Below are positions 1 to 13,000 of a DNA stretch of 64,000 nucleotides, in pieces. Below the pieces are notes generated by a model, which was given only the letters and a program-made list of their open reading frames with translations, did no database searches and had not been told where the DNA came from. The position numbers and the translations under genes were made by a program. Origin of the DNA: Laetmonice hystrix (lineage: Eukaryota). Numbering within the stretch: the stretch's first letter is position 1; each line of letters begins with the position of its first letter. Location: contig OZ249441.1 in the NCBI GenBank assembly GCA_965235115.1, forward strand, positions 11,470,001 to 11,534,000. The letters are read 5' to 3'.

Positions 1-811
1 ACTGGTACCAAATATACTAGCACGTATAATATCGGTACTACCTACCAGTACCGTATACAGGTGTCACTTACAAACACTGCTGTAGAGGACCAATACCACC
101 CGTAACAGGTTGGACACACAGTAAGATCACATCGAGAAGAACAGAAGCACAACAAACACAGACAGAGGGTCTCCCGAGATAACTATACGCCGTCAGGAGG
201 GTGTGCTGTGAGAACTAGCAATCACCACCGATATCTGTGGTCGACTCACAGACCATCATGTTCACCTCCTGTGGCAACTATAGTTAGTCTGGTACACACC
301 TCCCCTGAGAAACACGACACAGACAAGTAGACTGTCACAACTATACTGGGCGAGTCAGAAGAAATGGCTCTTTTTCAAGTTCGCATTTTGGTCTTCAAAT
401 CCTTCAAAACTATTGTCTTGCATTTGATCATGTCATCATCTTGATATGGTTGTCTAACATGTTTGACAACCAAATCAAGATGCAGATCTACATTCAACAT
501 GACTATTTTAGGTACTGCGTATAAAAAGTCAAAAGTCAAAGAAGCGTATTTCTAAAGTGACGCTATAGATCGCAAACATTCCACGTAACACAGGTAATAC
601 AGAGTTCTCCAGAAGTACACTCCTCTCTGTCTCTCTCCACTTCCACACAGACTCTACTACATCAATTCATTCACATCAAAAAGATTTAACTTTTATACAT
701 GATCCATCATTATCGAGAGGCAATATTTAGCTGTTCCATCTAGATCTGAAAGGCAATCCACATACACACAGACCACATCACACCGATAAATAGCCTGGGG
801 TATTGCGATCA

Positions 812-1212
812 CACCCAGAACCTGCTTGTGCACCCAACACTTAGGTGCACATACAGAACCTGTTTGTGCATCCAACACTTAGGTGCCTACCAGAACCTGC
901 TTGTGCATCCAACACTTAGGTGCACATCCAGAACCTGCTTGTGCACCCAACACTTAGGTGCACATCCAGAACCTGCTTGTGCATCCAACACTTAGGTGCA
1001 CATCCAGAACTTGCTTGTGCACCCAACACTTAGGTGCACATCCAGAACCTGCTTGTGCATCCAACACTTAGGTGCACACACAGAACCTGCTTGTGCACCC
1101 AACACTTAGATGCACATACAGAACCTTTTTGTGCACCCAACACTTAGGTGCACACCCAGAACCTGTTTGTGAACCCAAAACGTAGTTGCATACCCAGAAC
1201 CAGTTTGTGCAC
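812..1212. repeat. Tandem repeat, 38-bp unit, about 10 copies
   Basis: Unit ccagaacctgcttgtgcacccaacacttaggtgcacat; degenerates at the right end. Confidence 0.95.
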
Positions 1213-4200
1213 CAAAAGGTTAAATGCACGCCCAGACCCTGGCTGTTATCGCACAACCAGGTTGCACATCCAACATGGTACGGTAACAGATGGGGAAGGC
1301 AGTGAGGGGCACGCAGCCCCCCTGCCCCTACACCCGTGTTAGAAAGAACAAACGGAGAAAGCGTCGTGCCAAAGCCGTGTACTGATCTCCCCAGGTTGCT
1401 ATCCCTTCAATCACACCAGTTAGATTTTACTTAATACTTCAATATAAAAGGAATGTGTCTTCACCGTCATGGATAAAAACATGCTGTCGTACTTGAGTAT
1501 AGTTTGTTTCTGTGTAACAGCTAACAAGCGTCTACTAAAGCAAAGCGTATTATCAATAGAGGTCTAAAAAAAGATAACAACGTGTGTGATAGAGCCATCA
1601 CGATTCTTCAAAAAATTTCTATTCGTAAAACGCATGGGACTCTAGAAGTCGGGAGGGAAATTACTTCAGTCTAAGTGGAGACAACCACTTATATTCATGG
1701 CCCCTCATGGAATTCGTCAAATAAAATAACAGCCTACTTCTAGAATTTTTAGAGATGAACAGGGAAACGTGGGATTCTTGACAATTACTTTATTATATAA
1801 TTTAGGTTCCAAGTTACTTCCTCAAGAGTACTGGGTATGAGACCATGTTGGATGTTGCTTCCCAGGAGTGCATCAAGAACCGAGGTGCGACTGCTAGTAA
1901 GGAGGACCGTCCCAGACTTTGATTTAAAACAGGCTGAACATCACAAACTAAACGATATAAGAAACAAAATCCTCGAACTATAACTTGGCCAATCCGGAAA
2001 TCTTAACACATTTAGCTTTTTATGAAATACAGTTTGTATTACGAAATTGTTCCTCCGAAAAAAAACCCATTTGTCTGGAAGCAGCAGTCCTTTGAATCTA
2101 CCTCTTCTCTTGTAGCCCAGACGAGGCCTTACAGGTATAATAATGTATGTACATGTATTATTTGTACACTAAGGATGTCTTTGACCATCAAAGAGAGTGT
2201 TACATTTCAGAGGGTTTTTGGTTAACTAAGACAATTAATGTTCTACATCACTTCTGCCACACACGCTGTACAAGGAAATGCATACCTTCGGTTTATAAGT
2301 GCCTCAACCAATCTGTATTCGTATGTTTCATTACTGCATTGAAGGAGTAAACAGAATGGGTCACGCCTACAGTCAAGTGGACATCATTTACAATGAGCTC
2401 AGATTGACACAAACTTCTGCCGTTTCTTGCTGTCAAATTTTCAACCTGACAAATATTCAAAGCTGGCTGAGATTAATTAATGTGATTACTATATCAAGCC
2501 GACGCTTTAGGCAGCCCTGGCCTCAAATAAATCCTGTCCTTTCTATGGTACCTATTTAAAAACCCCGCTTTCGATATACATTTATAACAAATTGATTTTT
2601 GTAAACTGTGACACCAGAGATACGTCACCTTTGGCTTAAAACCTTTGGCAGAAACTTAGGAATGGTTTTCTTTCCCCCCCTCTTATTATTGTTTTTTAAA
2701 CATTTAAATTCGCATCGGAAAACATAAGATAACAAAATATAGATGAGAAATAGACATTACCTAAAAAGATCTTGTAAAATATCTTAGCCCAATTTAGCAA
2801 TTTGTCATGCACGAGGTATATAGGATATAAGGAGACATAAACATAAGCCCCAGACAAATAATCTTTATGGTACATAACTTGACTGAACAAAATCAGACAC
2901 AATCAAAATAGAATGTAACTAACGGTCTGCATTTAATAAAAAAAAATAACTACATTACATTTGAATCTATCCTGACAGGTATCTTTGGCTACTGTTTACA
3001 TTAAGCAGATGGCTGCGCAGGCTATGCAGCTTGACACGGGCAGCCAGATGCAAGACTATGTGGGCATTGTTTATATCAGCTGACATTTACTAAGGAACGA
3101 CCTGGAGCAGCATGCAATATCAACTTGTATCATGTACTGGGTAACTGTTACTTGCAATCGGTGTCTGATTTAAATGAAATCTAGCAATATTTCATCTAAC
3201 TTAACCTCCCCGTTCATCTCCTGTAATTATATGTGAAATGTGAGGCAGTTTTCAATGATACAATCTTTATCTCCAGTCATAAATAAACATGCTCATTCCA
3301 AATAAAGAGCCCATGGAATTTGATGCCACGCTTCACACCGCCGAGCGGAAGATGATAGATTATAATGTTGTTTCCCTGCCAGCGTAAACTCCTTATCATC
3401 AACTTTCTATTGTTTACGTTGAACTTTTCTAAACCTTTGCTTCGCTTAGACAAGAACTTTTCAATCGAGAAGGGCCAGTAAAATTAATCTTTCCAATATA
3501 TCACATATATCTGAGGTATGAGACTAAATCCTAGTAATCAATGTTTCACCCAGGCTCAAATACAATAAGTTCCTTCAAATACTAGAACCAATGTTCAAAT
3601 ACAGTATCTATGACTTACTACCTGTATAATGTATGAACCACTCTGAATGACTCTGGTATATCATAGTTCTCTTTCTCATGGCATTGTAATAATACACTGA
3701 ATATACTGACAACAACTGGTAGGTGGGGAGTGAAACTAGAACGGGACAGGGAGGGAGGGTGGGTGTGTCGGGTTAGACAGGTGTGCCAGGAATCCAAGTC
3801 CCCCTGAAATACAGGTCTGACGGACCTGCATTCCTAGGACTTGAAGTCCGTGATGTTGTATTTAAATATTTCTTCATAATCCTATCCCTAATCCTAACCC
3901 TAACCCTAATCCATTTGTATTTTCTTAATTATATTGTCTTGTAGCACGAAGTTGATGACCTAGGACCTGCATAACCAGAGAATCCAGGTCCGGTGGACCT
4001 CCATTCCGGCGGACTTACATTCCGTTCAAACCTGTGTGTACTGAACATGCATTTGTTATAATCGAATTCAGATACGCTCGAAAAATATGCATCGCACGCA
4101 CACATCCCCTTTTTGTACATTTTCCCAAAAATAACAAGACTGCATCCATACCCGTCTACCGAGGTAATTTGCAATATCTTTTCATAATAAAGCCTCATTC

Positions 4201-4528
4201 GACGGAGTCTAGAATCCGGTAAGGTATTCTCAGACGTTACGACGAACGCTTGATTTACAACATGAGTGTTGGTCGGAGCAAACATCGCTTCATACCGAAT
4301 GACACGGAAAGAACTGGGCCGTCTCAGTAAGTCAATGAAGTGTATGTCGCTAAACTCAATGCAATACAAATCTGCAATCAACCCATGTATTATGTAACAC
4401 TCTCTACAAAGATCTTGGCTTTTTGTGCCCATCATCCAGTATGGTACTCACTACATGACACTGGGCCCCATGTACAGGCCTAAGGCACCAACTGGACAGG
4501 TCCCAAATAGCTCAGTATAGCATCAAGT

Positions 4529-5208
4529 AAATGACACTGGGCCCTTCGCTCGGTATGGCACCAACCAGACAGAATTACGGGTAGGTCCCAAGTACAGTAT
4601 GGCACAAATGAACTAGCCCTTTGCTCGGTATGGCACCAACCAGACAGAATTACGGGTAGGTCCCAAGTACAGTATGGCACAAATGAACTAGCCCTTTGCT
4701 CGGTATGGCACCAACCAGACAGAATTACGGGTAGGTCCCAAGTACAGTATGGCACAAATGAACTAGCCCTTTGCTCGGTATGGCACCAACCAGACAGAAT
4801 TACGGGTAGGTCCCAAGTACAGTATGGCACAAATGAACTAGCCCTTTGCTCGGTATGGCACCAACCAGACAGAATTACGGGTAGGTCCCAAGTACAGTAT
4901 GGCACAAATGAACTAGCCCTTTGCTCGGTATGGCACCAACCAGACAGAATTACGGGTAGGTCCCAAGTACAGTATGGCACAAATGAACTAGGCCCTTTGC
5001 TCGGTATGGCACCAACCAGACAGAATTACGGGTAGGTCCCAAGTACAGTATGGCACAAATGAACTAGGCCCTTTGCTCGGTATGGCACCAACCAGACAGA
5101 ATTACGGGTAGGTTCCAAGTACAGTATGGCACAAATGAACTAGGCCCTTTGCTCGGTATGGCACCAACCAGACAGAATTACCGGTAGGTTCCAAGTAGAG
5201 TATGGCAC
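4529..5208. repeat. Tandem repeat, 75-76-bp unit, about 9 copies
   Basis: Unit cacaaatgaactagccctttgctcggtatggcaccaaccagacagaattacgggtaggtcccaagtacagtatgg; explains ORF 4480..4980. Confidence 0.95.
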
Positions 5209-8046
5209 CAACTATAGCCAGAAGTATTCCCCAATGTGACACTACTTACTGGGACGGTGGTAGCATGATACCCATAGAAAACCTAACTTCCTTCCGTTGT
5301 TCAGGTGACATTGGTAACATCCTTGCTTCATTAAAACACTGTTTACATCCCCCCGCTCGGAAGGCAAAGTTCTCTCTACAGTGCGGTTACTATTAGTTTC
5401 TGATCTATGATTCAATTCTAACATGGATGATGCATTTCGGGGCGGGCATTCATACCAGGCCAAAGCTACCTGTCCAAAGAATCGAGGCCTACATGCAATA
5501 ATCTTTTCTATACATGTATGGATGTAAATTTAAAAAAAGGGGGAATATACCAATAATAAAATCTAAATTATCTCTAATGATCTTCTAGTTCTAATAGACT
5601 ACCGGTAGTTCACGAAAATAATGGTAAACTTCGCTAAAATAATTGTACGAGAATAAAATAAATGTTTATAATTGTTGTTCCAATGTGCAGTATTTTGCCT
5701 CGAGACACAAGCCTTGCCCAACACTGCACTAAGCTGGCATATGCATGAAAGCTGAAATACTGTCAATTCTAAAGCAGATGCTGTTCATGCTCAATAATAT
5801 GGTAACAGAGAGAGCAAAGGATCATTCATAGTCATTAAAAGAAGTTCAGAAGAAAAAAAATAAATTCAGCTTGAATAACTGAGTCAAGAAGAAAAACTAA
5901 GAAAAGAAAGTTATTTTAAAAGAACGTTTAAGATCAAAATTTAATATGTTCCTAATATAAGACACAATGCTTCGAGAAAGTAGCGAAATTCCGCGATATT
6001 TCAAGGCATTGTAATATTTAAAAGAATTTTTTTATGTAAAAAAGAACAGAGAACACAGGGCTTATAGAATAGGAAGAAATTAGGCAGCATGTCACTTTCC
6101 CAGGGGCATGCATTTCATACTTATAAAGGTAAGATTTTCCCCCAGTAGAAATACTATCCTTCCTAAGAGGACATAACCAATGCGTGAAATAATACCTGGT
6201 GTCACCAGATTTCATGTCCGCCATACGCCTGAAAATAAATCCACTGTTCATAGCTGGGCTGAAAGTTGGTTATGTATGTACATATTGGTTAAACTTTCAC
6301 TGATTACGCTATTTGGCAGCTTGACCAGCGACAGCGGCTAAAGAGCAAACGTCTTCATCACAGCTGGGGTTTTTAAAACGTCTTTTTGTCCTGCCCATTC
6401 TCGGATGTAGTAGCTATAACCTCACACAATTATCCACAGAGGGGGCATGTTAGCGACAGGGGATCAAAATCCACCTGCTCATCTTCTCTAAAATGGGCTG
6501 ATACCAAGAGAAACGAAATGGTTCTTATTCGGTAATTTACTGTAAAGGTGAAAATATTAGTAAAATGACTGAAATACTGCACAACTGAACACTTGACGGT
6601 CCTTAATCCTTAGCTGAGTTACACAACACTGAAATAATAGTCAGAGCAGCTCTAATACCTGCCTGACCGATCACTTAGCAACTGAATTACCGTAAAATGG
6701 TAACCTCACATATAATCATTCAAATAGAGACAAAGTGGTACGATGCCAAAAGACCTTTGAAATATCGTCAAATATGGCATGCATAATTAAAAATAGAATG
6801 CCAAACAGTCTCAACCATCTGTGGTGGTTTCTGGCCTCCACAAGCGTGGAATGGACGTCTTTGTATCTTTATTGAGACCTGTGTTAGATGTGCACTGCCA
6901 ACACTGGGTTATGGAGCAAACACTAGCTATCACACTGCAAGCAGGAAGATTAATTCTTCATAGCTAAGGTATATTAACCACCTTTAGTCGGGTCCTGCAA
7001 TTCTATTCAAAATTATTCTTGTTGCCGCTTTAATTATTAATATTAGCAAAGAACATTACATAGGTAATATTTTATAACGTTTTTTAATCTTAGTATCGGT
7101 CGGTATTACTATTTTTCCTGCTACTGATATCACGCTGAGATAAAGTAGAGCAGAGCTTAGAAATCCACCAAAACCACATCTTTGCCACACTATATCCCTC
7201 CAAATAATAGAAATTAAACACACTTTGCTACTTGATCAAGGTTTCTTCCTCTCCAATCGAGATTACAATGCAGGCCAAAATGGAACTGACTTCAGACAGA
7301 CGGTTTAGTTCCTCTGAATGTCGCTAGGTGGCCATGCCTTTAACTCGTTCAATGGGAATTCATGTCGGTGGAGATCGACACTTCGCACATGCATTGACGT
7401 CACTGTTTCAAACTTCATGCTTGAATTTATTAAATATCTTAGTGAGCAGTCATATTGGACCAAATCTTTCTTTGGCATGTATCTATGTCTATGCAATGCC
7501 CTTTAAGGCCGGTTAGCAGTAGGCCTACCACAGAATTATTTCAACTCGAAAATTAATGTCTGTTATTATACCCGAAAACTAGTCAACTCTACTTCACCAA
7601 CAACTCTGATGCAAGTTTTCAATTAGTTCTCTAACACCAAAACCCATGTTAAAGAAGACTGTTATGTTTTTTTATTAACGAAGACTGTAGAAGACCGCCA
7701 CCCCCTGACCCGTCACCATTAATGATGTCCCCCTGACTTGAAAACCTAAGGTAGCACCTCTGAAGCTGGGAGAATTGTCATATATGAAGGACGTGTAAGT
7801 GTATATATGAGGGATAATGCACTCAATCCAACACAACACCACCACAGCGGCAACAATAACAACAGCAACAACACTATAACAACGCTAGTAACAAGGCGAG
7901 AACCACTGCCTGGTTGAAGAGGACAAACGTTGGCCACAGCCAGCGCAGCTTCAATCAGTGACGGTTTACGAAACTAGCAATACAAGTTGGCATGGTTAGT
8001 ATGGTCGCCAGCATGCTGTAACCACACATACTGACACATCACTTAC

Positions 8047-8176
8047 TGCATTGGTTTACTCAACATCTCATCCGTATCGAGCTCCACCTCGTCAGACACC
8101 ACCTCCGAGCCTGGGATAGCGCTGTTGGTACGCGACAGTTGGCTGGTTCCATCAAATCGGGACTTCATCAGGGACG
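8047..8176 (-). CDS. KCNQ1: KCNQ1 exon 11-equivalent (divergent A-B linker)
   Basis: ttctggcag|CG TCC CTG ATG...CCA ATG CA|gtaagt; SLMKSRFDGTSQLSRTNSAIPGSEVVSDEVELDTDEMLSKPM; 130 nt, open, phase 1 in and phase 2 out ending CA| as I recall for human exon 11. No recognisable sequence homology, so assigned by phase, position and splice signals. Confidence 0.7.
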
Positions 8177-8336
8177 CTGCCAGAACAAAGGCTCAAGTCA
8201 GGCTGGGCACAACCTATGTACTTATGTTTAAAACTTAAAATAATAAATAATTTTTAAAATAGTGCCTTGCACCAGTTACTTGGCTAGGCCTCATTAACGT
8301 TATCGTGCTTTTCATTCGGACAGAATCGTTTATCGC

Positions 8337-9650
8337 GACATTTATCCAACAATCAGACGGTATACCAGCCAGTCACCAGCTTGTCTGAGGAATGACAAGA
8401 TTCAATCAAATCTCGACATTTATACAATCAGACGGTATACCAGCCAGTCACCAGCTTGTCTGAGGAATGACAAGATTCAATCAAATCTCGACATTTATCC
8501 AACAATCAGACGGTATACCAGCCAGTCACCAGCTTGTCTGAGGAATGACAAGATTCAATCAAATCTCGACATTTATCCAACAGTCAGACGGTATACCAGC
8601 CAGTCACCAGCTTGTCTGAGGAATGACAAGATTCAATCAAATCTCGACATTTATCCAACAATCAGACGGTATACCAGCCAGTCACCAGCTTGTCTGAGGA
8701 ATGACAAGATTCAATCAAATCTCGACATTTATCCAACAATCAGACGGTATACCAGCCAGTCACCAGCTTGTCTGAGGAATGACAAGATTCAATCAAATCT
8801 CGACATTTATCCAACAATCAGACGGTATACCAGCCAGTCACCAGCTTGTCTGAGGAATGACAAGATTCAATCAAATCTCGACATTTATCCAACAACCATA
8901 CGGTATACCAGCCAGTCACCAGCTTGTCTGAGGAATAACAAGATTCAATCAAATCTCGACATTTATCCAACAATCAGACGGTATACCAGCCAGTCACCAG
9001 CTTGTCTGAGGAATAACAAGATTCAATCAAATCTCGACATTTATCCAACAATCAGACGGTATACCAGCCAGTCACCAGCTTGTCTGAGGAATGACAAGAT
9101 TCAATCAAATCTCGACATTTATCCAACAATCAGACGGTATACCAGCCAGTCACCAGCTTGTCTGAGGAATGACAAGATTCAATCAAATCTCGACATTTAT
9201 ACAATCAGACGGTATACCAGCCAGTCACCAGCTTGTCTGAGGAATGACAAGATTCAATCAAATCTCGACATTTATACAATCAGACGGTATACCAGCCAGT
9301 CACCAGCTTGTCTGGGGAATGACAAGATTCAATCAAATCTCGACATTTATCCAACAACCATACGGTATACCAGCCAGTCACCAGCTTGTCTGAGGAGTGA
9401 CAAGATTCAATCAAATCTCGACATTTATCCAACAATCAGACGGTATACCAGCCAGTCACCAGCTTGTCTGAGGAATGACAAGATTCAATCAAATCTCGAC
9501 ATTTATCCAACAATCAGACGGTATACCAGCCAGTCACCAGCTTGTCTGAGGAATGACAAGATTCAATCAAATCTCGACATTTATCCAACAATCAGACGGT
9601 ATACCAGGCAGTCACCAGCTTGTCTGAGGAATGACAAGATTCAATCAAAT
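8337..9650. repeat. Tandem repeat, 78-bp unit, about 17 copies
   Basis: Unit gacatttatccaacaatcagacggtataccagccagtcaccagcttgtctgaggaatgacaagattcaatcaaatctc; near-identical copies; intronic. Confidence 0.97.
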
Positions 9651-11027
9651 CGCTCATTTCAAAAGGCACCAACTCCCTATTCGGTTCTCCGTATTCTTTT
9701 TATTAAAGATCCAGTTGTCGGAATCTATACTAAATAAATTGAACTATTTTCTAAAGGCGCTGAATGTGCCGACTTTGGGCTCATCTTTGCTCGTGTACTC
9801 AAGGATTTTTTGGTTGCTATGTGTAACACTGAGTGGGAATCTCCTGTCTTAACTACCAACTACGCCACTGTTACCTTCGTATCTATGTGTGCTCTCACAA
9901 CGGGAGTGCATGCATAACGGGTTTACATTATTAATTAACATTCATTATGAAGGGGAAGGTATCACACATTAGTAGGTTAATACATTTATTAAAACTGGGC
10001 CCAGACACACACAAAATAAACTTCCCTTTGGATCTACTCTAAGTGAAAGATCTATATTTATAAAAATTAAAAAAAAGTAACAGAACTTCTTTCGTCGGTC
10101 GATGGAATGCACAGCTACATCTATAATATTTTTGGATCCTTTGAATGGAAATAACTTTATCAAATGTTTGCCTCGGTGATAATGCCTTCTGGTACCCCTA
10201 ATGGCAGGAGATTGTGAACTCAAAAACTGCAAGACATTATATGGCTGGAAAGTATCAATAGTCACCTGGGATATCGTCCATAAGGCTAACCCCTGAGTGT
10301 CTGTACCTCATTCCTATGGAAAAGGTTACAAAACGTCAACATGGTGTATAGTGTTATATTCATAACAACATAATATTATGGACACAGCAGTGTGGTATTA
10401 CAACAATGTTAGGGGTCAGTGTCGACGGCGGGTAGAGGCGCGCGTGCTGCCACCTGCAGTTAGATCTACCAACTAGTTCACATTGTGCTGCGACCGCTTG
10501 GCCACCTTGTGGCTAATACTGAACTACACTCAGCACCTCTATACGAGTAAACACCGGTTTGTTATGGAGGCAGGCACTCTGTGACAGGTCTGCGGTTAGG
10601 TTACTACTTAGATAGGCCTAATGTGTTAGATAGCATGCAGTAGGTGTGTATTGGGAACAATTTGGGAACTCATCTGACCTGTGATTGGCTGACTAATGTT
10701 ATAATAATGTTGCAAATACTGACAGGCCTGTAGAAAACCATGGCGAATTTAAAGTTGCTATGTAGGCCTAGTCTATAGGCCTAGGCCTATCGATTAGCTA
10801 ATCTTGATTGCACAATCAGACACTCAAATTCGTTTCATCATTCCAACTCCATTATAGGCCTACCTTGTAGCAAAAGGCAAACTGCTATTTACCAGTTAGT
10901 ATTATTTTTCCGATTAAGACCATGCCATTACCACAGCCATGCCAACCACAACTCAAACATTCTGAAGGTCAGAAAGTTTGTTAACGACCTTGGATTTGTT
11001 CTACAATGTGTTAACGATTGTTCTAAC

Positions 11028-11289
11028 CTGCACTCTGCCGACCGTCGTCAGGGAAGAACATGACAGACGCCTCACTGTCCTTACGATCTCGGTCACCGAC
11101 ATGATTACTCAGACTGCTCAGGTCGAGAGCCTGTTTAGAAAAACGGCGTTTCTTCATGACGGACGCTCGACGCGCCACCTTCTTGAGGGCGTTAGGTCCG
11201 TGATGGTGTCGCGGGTTCTCCTGCATGTGAATCCGCCAGGTGGCGTGGAAGTTGGAGCGAGGTTCGGCGGCATAACATCGCCATAAACA
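11028..11289 (-). CDS. KCNQ1: KCNQ1 exon equivalent to human exons 9+10 (helix A, A-B linker)
   Basis: tgcag|TGT TTA TGG CGA TGT TAT GCC = CLWRCYAAEPRSNFHATWRIHM..., open to GCA G|gttaga; 262 nt. The 5' end is certain. The donor is less so: an alternative same-phase GTGAGG donor lies near 11075. Confidence 0.85.
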
Positions 11290-11673
11290 CTGCAAACGTG
11301 GGCACAGGAGTTGGATCGATCAGAGGACTATACTTGTATGGTTTAACTTTCTATGGTTTAATCTGCGAGGGTCTAATCTAACTGGTTCTCATATCGTTCT
11401 CAATAATGTACTCTACTTGTTGTTGTTGACAATTTTTTTGAAAGAGTATAGATTTCTTTCTAGAAACTAAAGTTTAAGTGAAAAGTAGGTCAAGGCCTAA
11501 CAACTGTATTGGAATTTATCAGTTCAACTCCATGTTTCTGGCGGCTGACGGCTGTAGGCCCTACTCAACTGTAGTTAGGCCTAACTGTCTATAACAGGAC
11601 CAGCTGCTTGGAAGTTAACTGCTAAATTATTAAAATGTGAGTTAGTGGAATATATCTGTCAAACTACATTTAC

Positions 11674-11769
11674 CTGTATAAGAGTGGCAGCAGCTGGGAT
11701 CTGCCTATTAAAATGTTTCTGTCGTTGCTTCTGTTGTACCTTAAGGGCAAACCCTGAGCCTAAAATTCC
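11674..11769 (-). CDS. KCNQ1: KCNQ1 exon 8-equivalent (end of S6, start of helix A)
   Basis: cag|GGA ATT...ATA CAG|gtaaat; [32 protein letters not shown]; 96 nt. Confidence 0.97.
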
Positions 11770-11996
11770 CTGAAAATAAGAAAACACAATGCTCTTAAAT
11801 AAGTCTCTACCATAGGCCTACTAACGTTGGCGCAGTATCCTAACATTTAAATTGCAATCACGGTGCATCCTCTTCTAAAATTGTCACGTCATCTCTTAAT
11901 CAACAACAAAAGCGGAAAACTCAAAACAACATTAGACTTGAACAAATTGCCAACCAACGTTTTCATCAAGAATTTGTGCCTTGGAGAAAGACTTAC

Positions 11997-12107
11997 TGCA
12001 GGAAGTGCGAAGAAAGATATGGCAAATACTGAAAAACAAGAGGCGACGATTTTGCCCATCCATGTTTGGGGCACTGTATCGCCGTATCCTATAGTTGTAA
12101 CTGTGAT
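11997..12107 (-). CDS. KCNQ1: KCNQ1 exon 7-equivalent (selectivity filter, S6)
   Basis: cag|ATC ACA...CCT GCA|gtaagt; [37 protein letters not shown]; 111 nt; K+ channel signature TIGYGD. Confidence 0.98.
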
Positions 12108-12461
12108 CTGTGAGAAGAAATAAAGACAAATTTCAATGAACAAATATAATTAATTACCGGCAGTACGAGGACCGATGGAATAAAAAAATGTGCCATAAAC
12201 CCACGTTCATTATACCATATCTTGTATAACGTTAGTACCTTTCAGAATGTATCGGTAATATACAAGCTCGCTAGAGTTCCCCACCTTGTAAAAATACATG
12301 TGCAAAAACTACATGTACAGGATAAATGGACGAAATACATAAGAACAGGGCGTTATTGGTTGTTTTTGACAGCTTGCCGCCTTACATAAACACAAATAAT
12401 AAGCAGTATTAGTATAAAAACCCATCAATTTCTTATGCCCTATCCACATGCCGATTCTTAC

Positions 12462-12602
12462 CACTCCCCACCAGAGGGCGTCTGCATAGCTGGTGAAGTC
12501 TGTTTTGCCATTCTCTCCTTCGGCATCTTTCTCGGCCAGATATACAAAATATGAGGAGAATATAAGACCTAAAAATCCTATGTACAAAGTTGTGATGAGT
12601 TC
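12462..12602 (-). CDS. KCNQ1: KCNQ1 exon 6-equivalent (S5, turret, pore helix)
   Basis: cag|GAA CTC...GGA GTG|gtaaga; [47 protein letters not shown]; 141 nt. TLYIG (Leu, not the Trp of KCNQ2-5 AWYIG) marks the KCNQ1 clade. Confidence 0.98.
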
Positions 12603-12903
12603 CTGAAAACAAACAAAAAACATTGACATTTAACAAAATTGTAGTGTGTCAGTAATATATCCTGCATCAACAATTTTTATCCTTTAAATCACTCTTTCTT
12701 CCGAGACATCCAGGAGTGGTTTATTTTTAAATCAATGCAAGACATTTGATTCCCCGAGTGACTTTTTTTGTTTAATGTGATACGTACTCTTTACCCTAGA
12801 TATACCTTAAGTTGTCCTTGATAAATCAACCCTTTATGAATGGCTTCTCAATGTCATTACTGACCCCAATCTAAGCCACTGATTGGTGAGTTTGAAAACT
12901 TGC

Positions 12904-13000
12904 CTGTCGATGTATATAAACAACTGATCCTAGTAATCGCCATGTGCCTCCTTGCCGATCTACGTGAAGCATCCGCAGAATTTGTAGAAAACGGACACCC
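12904..13000 (-). CDS. KCNQ1: KCNQ1 exon 5-equivalent (S4 voltage sensor, S4-S5 linker)
   Basis: ttttag|G GGT GTC CGT...CAT CGA CAG|gcaagt; [32 protein letters not shown]; 97 nt; the donor is GC, not GT. Confidence 0.96.

Noticed and set aside
6625-6655. YHFTV codons resembling the end of KCNQ1 exon 1
   Set aside because: Wrong position (3' of exon 11) and a stop codon lies just upstream in frame.
1-8046. Helix B-D exons (YFVA..KF, PYDV.DVIEQYS)
   Set aside because: Searched by eye without a match; probably left of the window.
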